64,000 nucleotides of DNA from Torpedo marmorata (Eukaryota): assembly GCA_977017645.1 (NCBI GenBank), contig OZ360232.1:15810001-15874000 (forward strand). The letters are read 5' to 3'. The translations under genes and the position numbers were made by a program. The notes under the pieces were generated by a model. That model was not told where the DNA came from. It made no database searches and saw only the letters and a list, made by a program, of their open reading frames with translations. Positions 38,276-49,209 of the stretch are shown here, piece after piece; within the stretch, counting starts at the first letter, position 1, and each line of letters starts with the position of its first letter.

Positions 38276-39592
38276 TACTGGGAAACAAAAGTCAGAATCA
38301 TACACTACAGAAAAAGGTCCTTTGGCCCAACTCGTGTGTGCCAACCATCAAACACTCATCTGCACTACTCCTACACTATTCCATGTTTCTTCTTGCATCC
38401 CCATCAACTCCTTCCACCTCCCCAATTCTTCATCATGGACATTTTACAGAAGCCAGTTAACCTACTAACCATCATGTCTCTGGCAATGTGTGAGGAGGTT
38501 ACAGTGCCCAAGGGAAACCCATATTCTCTAAGAATGCAAAGTCCACAGATTCCACCCATGGTCTCTGGAGCTGTAAGGCAGCACCACTAACCTGTAGGTC
38601 ATAAGCCTTTCTTAGGAAGTCTTTCAACCCATGAATGGGGGGAGGGGGCATTCTTCAGAAAAAAGAAAAGACAAATAAAAGCAGATAGAAGTCTGAAAAA
38701 TGATGAATGGATTCAATAGATTGGATGAGGAAAAGTATTTCCTTGTGAAAGAATCCAAAATTAGAGGTTATAAATACAAGACAGTTGTTAATAAATACGA
38801 CTGGGAGAGGAGGACATTTATTTATTTGAGACAATAGTAGGGAACTTATTACCACAGGAAGTGGTTTTGGCAAGTAGTACTGATGCTTTCACAGGGAAAT
38901 TTAAGCACCTGAGAGAAAAAAGAAATAGAAAAAGGTGCTGAAAGAATGAGATGATAGACAGAATAGAAAGATACAAATAGAGAATTAACGCACATTAGCT
39001 TGACTGGGTCAAACGTCGGATGCCGTATATTCTAAAGATACATCCAGCACATGTTGAATAGCTTTGAAGACAGGAAAGACCAGGAATAGTTGGTCAGCAG
39101 AGTTTGTTTGCTTCCAAAGTACATTTTAGGGAATGACTGCTTGATTTGATTATTTTTGAACTAGAAACAACATAAATCATAAATATATATAAAAATAGAA
39201 ACTGGAGGGTATTTATTAATGAAACAGAAAATAGACAGTGCATTCACTAGATCACTCTGTCTGTGGAAGCAATAAAACTGAGGCTAGGAACACAAGCAGA
39301 CATGCAAAGTGACTGAGAGAAAAGGGGGAAACAATAGAGGGAACAAGTCAGGCAAAAAGGAAAAGGTAACATTTTTTCTTTCGTTTGGCAAATTAAAAGT
39401 TAGCAACACGTGAAATGCAATAATCCTATAGAAATAATTAATGGATGATCTAAAGCCCCTTGTTTTGCAATTTGAATGAATTATTGTAATGTCATTTTAT
39501 AGAAGTTATGAACCTCATTTCCACAGCAACATGCTCATGCCCAGCGATTGTGCATTGACACAGAGTCCAAAACCCAGAAACACAATGCAAAC

Positions 39593-39682
39593 CTGCAAAG
39601 AAAGAAGCGCTCCGTATCAGGCGGAGCGGTGCTGGCTCAGAAACACCTGGGGCCCGCCTAGGGCTGCAAAGCTGCGAAAAAC
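39593..39682 (-). CDS. FNIP1: FNIP1 exon 7 (90 bp, symmetric phase 1-1, cassette-type): [30 protein letters not shown]
   Basis: Matches human [28 protein letters not shown] (recalled). Acceptor ctccatag, weak donor gtttgc. Lies within ORF 39492..39860. Confidence 0.93.
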
Positions 39683-40168
39683 CTATGGAGCAAAAGTGTG
39701 ACAAAAATAGAAAAAAAAACACAAGACAGAAGAATAGGATTAGTAAAGATATCAGACAGAAGTTAGATAATAACAAGGACTCTTTTTTTGAAACCAGAAA
39801 CAACGCCAGATATTTTTTTTTTTTTTTTAAATGAAAGCTTAAAATTAATTCTGGAACCAAACTTATTTTACACGTACATACCCAAATGTAAACTCACACC
39901 TTTCTCTACCTCTCAATACTTGGTTTGAAAAGTCAAAAATGCTGAAAATAAATGATGTGCCCACTGCATATAAAGAAATAAAATGACCAAAACTGAAAAA
40001 GAAACCATATAGCTTTTTTCTGTGAATTTCTGGCACATGGACCAAAAGTAGATACCGTGGGGAAAATATACTTCAGTTATTGCACTGGTTCAGAGGATTC
40101 AGGACAAAGATATTATCAAGCCTGGGAATTACAAAGGAATAGTTTGTAACAAACATCAAAATTTCAGT

Positions 40169-40679
40169 AGTAAAACACGAAAATCTGTAGACACCGTGGT
40201 TGAAGTAAAAAACACAAATGCTGGAGAAACTCAGCAGGTCAAACAGTGTCTTTTATGTAGCAAAGGTAGAAATATATAACCGACGTTTCAATTCCGGGTC
40301 ACACTCCCACACTCACATGTCTGTCCATGGCCTTATGTACTATCCCACCCAGACTACCCGCAAATTGGAGGAACAACATCTCATTTTCCGTCTCGGCACT
40401 CTCCAGCCAGATGGCATTAACATTGACTTTTCTGCTTTCCACTAAACCTGCTTGTCGTTCCCTTCCCCTCCCCCCTCACCTGTCCTTCCTGTTTTTCTCC
40501 AGCTACCTAGCCATCCCTCCTCCCCCTCTTTGCTGTTGTCCCCTCCCTCCTTTCTCCACCTATCATCTCCTGCCTTTGCCACCTCCCCTTTTCCCCTCAC
40601 TCTTTTGTTCGGACGCCTGCCGGCATTTTCTCATACTTTGATGAAGGGCTCAAGCCCGAAACGTCGGTTATGTATTTCT
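40169..40679 (+). mobile_element. Truncated Penelope-like insertion with inverted 5' terminus and 14-bp TSD
   Basis: Peptide FNSGSHSHTHMSVHGL...RKLEEQHLIFRLGTLQPDGINIDF. Inverted terminus 40169-40289. atcaaaatttcagt duplicated at 40155-40168 / 40680-40693. Confidence 0.87.
40632..40672 (+). ncRNA. Minimal type I hammerhead ribozyme-like motif (U3 variant) in a Penelope terminus
   Basis: catact-TTGATGA-a-GGGC tcaa GCCC-GAAACGTC-ggttatg: core boxes, 4-bp helix II, palindromic ACGT helix III, GUC cleavage triplet, partial helix I (cata/tatg). Confidence 0.7.
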
Positions 40680-41467
40680 ATCAAAATTTCAGTGATGTGC
40701 ATCACTAAGGAAAAAACGGCCACTCTCACACCTTGGCGTTCAAGACTGTAAATCACTAAATTATCTATAGAAATTGTCTGTCCCCAGCAGTGAAAAATAG
40801 ATTATAATCATGAGGGACAAACTTGAAATCTTCCTACCTAATTAAAGACGGCACTTAAAGCAAATATTTTTAATAACGTTTAGAATCAATTTAACATTTT
40901 TAATTTGTTCATTACTATGCTTCTATTATATATTGAAAAATTAATAGTTATTGGATTTACAATCTATGAAACAGGACATCAACCAAAAGGAAAATCTATA
41001 ACAGCTAATGAACGTTATTAGCAACCACTCAACCAATATATTTTAACTCTTCTACTATCCCTAAGCTTCAACAAGAGAAACTGTACAACAGATTTGATTT
41101 CAGATTTTCAATCATGTTTTTTATATAATATAACAATATATTATATTATAATATATGTATTAAATATTTATATATTTTTGAATTCACAGAATTAAACCTA
41201 CAAGCAAAAAATCATGTCAGAGAAAGTACCTATCACAATGCTGAGGGAGAAAGAAATGTTTGTAAAATTTGAATTTCTTTTTTGTAATGCACTCAGCAAA
41301 TTACTATTTCAGTAAGTTGTGTTGCATATGTGTATGTGCAATTCCTCACAATGGATAGCCTCATGTCTAAAAGCAGCAGAGGCTGAGGCATACTTGTATA
41401 AGATGGGAAAGGGAAAAAAAATTAAGTCTTCAAAGTATATGACTTCATGAGAAAAACGTTAATCAGG

Positions 41468-41890
41468 AAAGTCTGCAGACTATTGCTGTGATTGAGCGCA
41501 ATACACACAAGTGCTGGAGAACATCAGCAATTCAAGCAGAGTCTATAGGAAGCAAAGGGATATAATCAACATTTCAGGCCAGAGCCCTTCATCAAGGTAT
41601 GAGCAGAAAGCAGGCACGCATCTGAATAGAAAGGTGGGTTGGGGGGTGAGGTGAGAAGGGGAGGAACACAGGCCAAGAAGGCTTTTCTCTCCTGCTCTCC
41701 CACCCTCATTCATTTATGACCTCTTGCCTGCGCTCCTTCCTCCCCTACCCCTTCTCTCCTGCACCCCCACCCCCCACCCCCACTTCTTTTAATTTAGGCG
41801 CTTGCCTGCTTTCAGCTCCTACCTTGATGAAGGGCTCAGCCTCGTAACTTTGGTTATAATCCCTTTGCTTCCTGTAGAAGCTACATGACT
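41468..41890. mobile_element. Older Penelope-derived fold-back element with two opposed, decayed hammerhead motifs
   Basis: Left arm (aggaagcaaagggatataatcaacatttcaggccagagcccttcatcaaggta...gcaggcacgc) is an imperfect inverted copy of the right arm (gcgcttgcctgc...taccttgatgaagggctcagc...atccctttgcttcct). Confidence 0.75.
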
Positions 41891-41914
41891 CACCACACAA
41901 GAAAACCAAATTAG

Positions 41915-43324
41915 AATAGCAGAAGTCCAGGTGCCACTTGTGAGTAGAGGGGAGGACTGGAATTTAAATAGCAGAAGTCCAGGTGCCACTTGTGAGTAGA
42001 GGGGAGGACTGGAATTTAAATAGCAGAAGTCCAGGTGCCACTTGTGAGTAGAGGGGAGGACTGGAATTTAAATAGCAGAAGTCCAGGTGCCACTTGTGAG
42101 TAGAGGGGAGGACTGGAATTGAAATAGCAGAAGTCCAGGTGCCACTTGTGAGTAGAGGGGAGGACTGGAATTTAAATAGCAGAAGTCCAGGTGCCACTTG
42201 TGAGTAGAGGGGAGGACTGGAATTTAAATAGCAGAAGTCCAAGTGCCACTTGTGAGTAGAGGGGAGGACTGGAATTTAAATAGCAGAAGTCCAGGTGCCA
42301 CTTGTGAGTAGAGGGGAGGACTGGAATTTAAATAGCAGAAGTCCAGGTGCCACTTGTGAGTAGAGGGGAGGACTGGAATTTAAATAGCAGAAGTCCAGGT
42401 GCCACTTGTGAGTAGAGGGGAGGACTGGAATTTAAATAGCAGAAGTCCAGGTGCCACTTGTGAGTAGAGGGGAGGACTGGAATTGAAATAGCAGAAGTCC
42501 AGGTGCCACTTGTGAGTAGAGGGGAGGACTGGAATTTAAATAGCAGAAGTCCAAGTGCCACTTGTGAGTAGAGGGGAGGACTGGAATTTAAATAGCAGAA
42601 GTCCAGGTGCCACTTGTGAGTAGAGGGGAGGACTGGAATTTAAATAGCAGAAGTCCAGGTGCCACTTGTGAGTAGAGGGGAGGACTGGAATTTAAATAGC
42701 AGAAGTCCAGGTGCCACTTGTGAGTAGAGGGGAGGACTGGAATTGAAATAGCAGAAGTCCAGGTGCCACTTGTGAGTAGAGGGGAGGACTGGAATTTAAA
42801 TAGCAGAAGTCCAAGTGCCACTTGTGAGTAGAGGGGAGGACTGGAATTTAAATAGCAGAAGTCCAGGTGCCACTTGTGAGTAGAGGGGAGGACTGGAATT
42901 TAAATAGCAGAAGTCCAAGTGCCACTTGTGAGTAGAGGGGAGGACTGGAATTTAAATAGCAGAAGTCCAGGTGCCACTTGTGAGTAGAGGGGAGGACTGG
43001 AATTTAAATAGCAGAAGTCCAGGTGCCACTTGTGAGTAGAGGGGAGGACTGGAATTGAAATAGCAGAAGTCCAGGTGCCACTTGTGAGTAGAGGGGAGGA
43101 CTGGAATTTAAATAGCAGAAGTCCAGGTGCCACTTGTGAGTAGAGGGGAGGACTGGAATTTAAATAGCAGAAGTCCAGGTGCCACTTGTGAGTAGAGGGG
43201 AGGACTGGAATTTAAATAGCAGAAGTCCAGGTGCCACTTGTGAGTAGAGGGGAGGACTGGAATTTAAATAGCAGAAGTCCAGGTGCCACTTGTGAGTAGA
43301 GGGGAGGACTGGAATTTAAATAGC
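41915..43324. repeat. Tandem minisatellite, 27 x 52 bp plus 6 bp
   Basis: Unit aatagcagaagtccaggtgccacttgtgagtagaggggaggactggaattta. Length 1410 = 27 x 52 + 6. Only two variable positions seen. Confidence 0.98.
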
Positions 43325-43777
43325 CATGGGTGTGCACTTCGCAGAGAGAAAAAAAACAGATGATCCAAAGCTAATTTACACAAGCATTTAGATACTTAGC
43401 AGTCAAGTAGAATAGGAAGCCCACTATCAGTGGGATAATTATCTTGCAAAAAATGTTACTTGTTCTATGTAATAAAAAGGGGTCTTATCTAGTAGCTGCC
43501 AAGCCAAGATTCAGAATGTCTTCATTCAAAAAGAATTTTGCCAATATAATTGATCAACAAAGAACGTGTGTAACACGTCAATGATTTAGGTCATTTGCAT
43601 CGGTCTGATAAGATGTTGAGTGCCGAGTTCAGATCCTCCTATACAAACACCTTTGAGAGAGAGAGGGAGAGAAAGACAAAAATCTGGAGAGAAAAAACAA
43701 GAGATCTGTAAAATTGACTCCACCAAAGCCAATATTTTGAAATGTTATTATTGTAGAAGCTCAAACCTGAAACTTAC

Positions 43778-43866
43778 CTACAAGACTGTTCATTAGAGTA
43801 TTTTGATCTGAGTAAGGTTTTGATGCCGTAGTGTCTTGATTAATAAATTCAAGGCTGTCTTGTAAC
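43778..43866 (-). CDS. FNIP1: FNIP1 coding exon 6 (89 bp): LQDSLEFINQDTTASKPYSDQNTLMNSLV
   Basis: LQDSLEFINQD motif. Acceptor ctttaag, donor gtaagt, phase 2-1. Confidence 0.94.
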
Positions 43867-44962
43867 CTTAAAGTACAATTAAAAATACACTCTTAATTCT
43901 TTAACAAAGACATTTTGCACAAAGCACAAAATAAGCTACTTTTTTGCACTCGGATAACTGTGAATATTTATCATCTATTTTTTGTATTTATTGTCTCTTT
44001 TTAATTCAATTAATAAGTACACGATTGCAGTGTTTTTATTAATTGTTTTTGTAGCTTTACATAAAATAACTGTTCAGCGGCAGCAAGAATTTCTGTACAT
44101 ACATGCATCGTACAATGTAATGACAATAAACTTCTGTCATAACTCACTACTGACCAATGTCTAATTTATTAAGCCATAGGTTTCAACACAAAATGTATTT
44201 CAAACCACCTGCAAGTGTACATTACGTACAATTTAGAAGTTGTAGCACATAATTAGAACATTTAACTGAAGACATTAAGGATGAAAGTTTAAGGCTTATT
44301 GTGATAGGAAATGTATCATATTTCTTTAGATGCTGTACAACTGTTTATTAACAGCACTGTAATACTTTCAGTTGTGAGAGCGATTCCCTTTCCTCTGTGT
44401 GCATATGACAAACAAAAATATACTAATCTTAAATGATGTCAATATTAATTTTCAAAGGTTAGGTTTTAGCCAAATCTCTATTCGTGAGACAAGGTTGCAA
44501 CAGCCAGATTTTGTTTCTCAGGAACATAAACTTGATCTTAACACTGGTTGCACATGGTCCTCATCTTTCTGTAGGATTTCAAAATATCTACTTGCCTAAA
44601 TAAATAAAACAATATATCATAGTTACTTCTTCATTTATGGAAACCTCAGTCAAAAGAAATGTTAAGTAATCAATGTACTAATATCAAAATCCAAAAATGT
44701 AACCTAGTATGCATGTAGAACTTGACTGTTTTCCAGAAGTCAACCACGAACACAGGTAAGAGAAAAGGCAAGATTTCTGAGTTCTGACCAAGTGATATTC
44801 AATGGCAGGTGAAAATTAGGGGTGATTAGTGATTTTAAAATAGTAATTAGCTGCCAGGCTCATTAGCCAAAATTAAAAGTGGACAAACAATGACTTTGAA
44901 ACATTATTTTAACATGCCAAACAAAAATGTAGGCAAAGCAACAGCCACTAATAGCAAGAAGC

Positions 44963-45205
44963 AAAACACAAAGTCTGCAGACACCGTGGTTGAAGTAAAA
45001 GCACGATGCTGAAGAAACTCAAGTCAAACAGTGTACTTTATATAGCAAAGATAAAGATACATAACCAACGTTTCGGGCTTGAACCCTTCATCAAGGTTGA
45101 TGAAGGACTTGATGAAGGGTTCGAGCCCGAAACGTTGGTTATGTATCTTTATCTTTGCTATATAAAGTACACTGTTTGACCTGCTGAGTTTCTCCAGCAT
45201 TGCAT
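44963..45205. mobile_element. Penelope-terminus fold-back: 73-bp arms with 1 mismatch, each containing a hammerhead motif
   Basis: 45023-45095 is the reverse complement of 45108-45180, with a 12-nt loop gttgatgaagga. Each arm reads TTGATGA-a-GGGTTC(A/G)AGCCC-GAAACGTT. Confidence 0.9.
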
Positions 45206-45219
45206 TTTTAAACCAACTA

Positions 45220-45945
45220 CCGTATTTTTACACATATAACTCGTGCGTTATATGCGTTCTTTTACAAATCGGGTAACCCACCGCGCGTTATATGCATGTG
45301 CGCGCTATACAAGAAATTTTTACATGTTGAAACAACGCGCACAATTTATAGTGGGCGTAGGAAAGTCGCACCGGCAATAAACAACGCGCACAATTTATAG
45401 CGGGCGTGGGAAAGTAATAGCGGCAATGAAACATACGCGTACAATTTACAGACGACCGTGGGAATTGGGTACATACAAAATAGCAAAATTCAAAATTTTG
45501 ATCTTGGCACTCTCGGGAATATCTCTTTGGCCTGAGTGCCATGGTATTCCGAGAAACAGGATATTCTGGCTAGGGCACTGCACCTTATCAATGTTAATTG
45601 TCCAGACCCGTCCCGAGGGAGGAGATTAACATATCAAGTGCCGCTGAGACAACGGTCTCAGACGGACCTTGCAGGAGGATATCATCTATATAATGGGCGA
45701 TTGACACCCTTGAGGGAAGTTGAATGGGTGATAAATCGCGGGAGATTAACTATGGCAAATAGTGGGACTATGGAATGTGTATCGTCTCCTGTCCCAAGTA
45801 AATGCAAATTTCTCTTGTGAGTTGGAAAGTAGAATACTACACCCGCGCGGTATATGCGTGTGCGCGCTATACGAGAATATTTTTACATAGTTTAAGATTT
45901 TCCGCGCGTTATATGTGTGTGCGCATTATATGAGTGAAAATACGG
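45220..45945. mobile_element. Non-autonomous Tc1/mariner-superfamily element (Tc2/pogo-like CCGTATTT termini)
   Basis: TIRs ccgtatttttacacatataa / ttatatgagtgaaaatacgg (18/20), TA on both sides. Subterminal cgcgcgttatatgc repeats and a duplicated aaacaacgcgcacaatttatag. Confidence 0.85.
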
Positions 45946-48005
45946 TAATAGCACCTCAGAAACACCTTCTATGATTATATTTGCAAATGGAAAAAGCCGT
46001 TGTTAAAGAATATTTTTAAAGCTCATGTAAGATGCTTGGTCTTTCATACCCATGATCAAGTTGTAAAATAGCAATTGCATTCTGCATACATATGATGTGG
46101 CAATGTGTGGTTTTGGAGGACAAATCAAGTGGCTTCATATTAATTCAGTTGACATCATGAAATTTTCCTTTTTTTATGTCCTATCGGAATGCTATGGAAG
46201 GTTATCAGCAAAAATCAGATACATGCTGTTGAAAACAATATTAGTACACAGCTTCTGTAGTCAAAAAGATCTGATCAAAATAAATAATTAAAAACTGGAG
46301 AATGCTTTCAGATTGGAAATTTCAAATAATAGTCCAAGTCCAATAGTTCCATGTAACATTCAATGGTCTCTATTAAAATAAAGGCACAGTAGCAACATGT
46401 CACAACATACTTGTTTGGAGTAGTGAGGCAAAGACCATCAACTGCAGTTGGCACCCAGCATTGAAATCAGCTTCATAAGTACAAATATGCAGAATTACAC
46501 TGAAGAAATCTTTATAAATTTGCACCTTAATCTAGTAAAGATTTGGGAAACAATTGCATTACAGTTGTGATGAGCAATCTAATAGATCCTCATTAAAACT
46601 CCAGTGACTTTTGAGAAATTATCCCAAATTTTGCAGTGGTAATGACTGCAAAACTATAGGCATAAAAAGTCAAATTATCATAAAATTGACAATAACTTTA
46701 TGATTTTTGCACATGCAGCATTTAACTCAGAAATTTCAAAATATATGTCAGTGATTCTAAACGTCACTAGACTTGGTTCGTCTTTTAAGCAGAATACACA
46801 ACAATTCATGGAAATGAAAACTATTTACAAGTTAATCCTGCTGCAAAATACCATGTTACACAAGATCTGAAGAGCTCTCCAAAAAGTCTTCATCACTAAC
46901 TGCTAATTCTGAACAAAAGTGTGGATTCCAATTTTAATTAAAGTATTCAATGTTTTTTTAAAAATGGCGCAGTAGCCACAAATTTTAGCCTGGCAAATTA
47001 TCTGGACCCAACAATGGGTTCTAAGAAACTGTACGGTAATTTGCTCACAAGCATTTAAAAATACACAATTCAAATTACAACCCCTCCCCCCCCAAAAAAA
47101 AATCATGTTTATTCCAATCATTATTCAATGATCTGTATAATGCTAAAAAAAAATTAAAAATTGCACTTTTTCCTACTGACGAAATTGTTCAATGTGATTT
47201 TCTGCTCACATCACAGCAGTGGACAAGCAGAGATTCCTTGAAATAATGCCTGATAGCATTCATGAAATTCTGACCAGAGATTGATAGATCTTTATGGGAA
47301 GCTTTCTGATAAGTCATTGTTCCTTCACCGCAAACCTCAAATTCTGGACAAAAGCTTGGATTCCAATTTTAACCACTGTATTCCAATAGGAACGTGCACA
47401 AACATATCTGCTGTGACCAAAATAAAGTCAATCCTCAAGTGTCCAAACAGGAGGCAAATAATATTTGGGAGTGTTCATCATTGTGGCACTTTATATCAAA
47501 AAGTAAGAATGGAGGATCATTTTAATTTTATTGAAATAACCAGCCAGAAAATAGCAAGCAGTGCCATCTATGCACATGACAAAAAGGTGGAAAAAATACT
47601 GGACTGTAGCTTCCAAAGTAAGTGCATCTTGGTAAGTGGCGCTAAGTAATACTGTAAACTTGATTTGCCCACATTATTTGTTCATTTCTTCCAATGGGTA
47701 GAAGAGCAAATACTAAAATGCATAGCATCTTAGTTAGCATTTGAAAATGAGACTGGCTTCTCTGGCCAGCCGGGATCTTGTATCAAATTTTCCCAAAATA
47801 TCAGCTTGGTTCACTTTCAGATGTAAAAACTCTACAGTGCATCTTTGTCACTTTCTTTTATTACACATTTTCAACATTTACATTCCTCAGCAATTTTCTG
47901 ATGTTTGAAATAGATTGAACATGATAGTTCTGAAAGAATCTGATACAGGGTACTTTAAATTCAATTTAATTTTAGTTTACTTTATTTCATAGAAATGGTA
48001 CCCAC

Positions 48006-48080
48006 GTATTCAAACTTCCAGTCACACTACCTCCTGTACGAGCTGTGAATACTTTGCTAAGCATTAGTTGTGGTGGAGAC
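48006..48080 (-). CDS. FNIP1: FNIP1 coding exon 5 (75 bp): [24 protein letters not shown](T)
   Basis: Matches [16 protein letters not shown]. Acceptor cgtttag, donor gtgggt, phase 2-2. Confidence 0.96.
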
Positions 48081-48464
48081 CTAAACGAAGGGGGAAAAAA
48101 AAAGCAAGGCTTAATTATTTGGAAAACAGCACACCAACATGAAAAAATGAAATTTCCCCTAAAAATGTCACATCATTTAATACAAATGTTCCACCAACTC
48201 TATAGTAGATTGTCTAAATGAAGATGGCTAATACTTCAGTCTTACTACCACTCAACACTTGGACCATTTATGTTGAGAATAAAGGCGCCATTATGCATTC
48301 TTGGAGGTGGAATGTGACAAAATCTAAAATCTGGCTGGATCTAGCTTTTACCAAGCAAGCCCTGCCAAATTTCAGACATTGTTTAAAATTAAAAGAACAC
48401 TACGAATTGTCAGTGTGTATCAGTTACATAAAAATTTGACTGTTAGAACAGAAAGTCCTCTTAC

Positions 48465-48565
48465 CGGATCTGGTGAATTTTTAATGTGGAACCTTTGTAG
48501 CTCATTGCCACAGAACCAAACATCATCTCACCAAGCATGTTGGCATCTGAGGATTGTCGAGAGCT
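48465..48565 (-). CDS. FNIP1: FNIP1 coding exon 4 (101 bp): [33 protein letters not shown](R)
   Basis: Near-identical to the FNIP1 motif [28 protein letters not shown]. Acceptor ttttccag, donor gtaag. Confidence 0.97.
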
Positions 48566-48814
48566 CTGGAAAATCAAATTAATGAAAATTCCTTAAAAAT
48601 TATTTTAGAAAGAACTCTTATCTGGGCACTACACAAGATAAAACAATAATATATATTCAACTGCTTGGTCTACAAAATTGTTTTGGCCTTTTCTAATATA
48701 AAAACAATTCTGAAAATCACATCATGGGGAGAGATGTAGAACAACGACAAACATTAACATAGCAAAGATGAGTAACTGGACATTATGTTCACAACATTGT
48801 TTTTATTTTTTAAA

Positions 48815-49058
48815 TTTAGACATACAGCACGGTAACAGGCCATTTCAGTCCACGAGTCCATGCTGTCCAATTTACACCCAATTAACCTACACCCCCGGTA
48901 CATTTCGAACGGTGGGAGGAAACCGGAGTCCCCGTGGAAAACCCACGCAGACACGGGGAGAACATACAAACTCCTTACAGACAGCGTGGGATTCGAACCC
49001 CGGTCCCGATCGCTGGTGCTGTAAAGGCGTTGCGCTAACCGCTACGCCAACCGTGCCG
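48815..49058 (-). mobile_element. tRNA-derived V-SINE (HE1-like) with CR1-derived tail
   Basis: A box TGGCGTAGCGG, B box GGTTCGAATCC, core gttctccccgtgtctgcgtgggttt. Tail ggcctgttaccgtgctgta matches the CR1 3' end near 9015-9035. Confidence 0.88.
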
Positions 49059-49209
49059 TCCATTTGTGGAAATGTTGGCTCAGATTTGTGTTAAAAACCA
49101 TTCCTTCTTTCTAAAGGTGCCAATATCTTAACAGCAAAAGTTTGCTTAGGCTGCCAATAAACAAACCAGTGCATACTAAAAAAAAATCAGTAAATATTGA
49201 TGAACTCTC

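Noticed and set aside
41915-43324. CRISPR-like array, or coding repeat (ORFs 41964-43133)
   Set aside because: No unique spacers, no cas genes, vertebrate intron. The 52-bp unit is not a multiple of 3 and the ORFs are frame-cycling artefacts.
48990-49058. tRNA genes (also 54408-54475, 57440-57503, 58050-58115)
   Set aside because: The A/B boxes belong to SINE heads followed by SINE core or transposon sequence; no full cloverleaf is supported.
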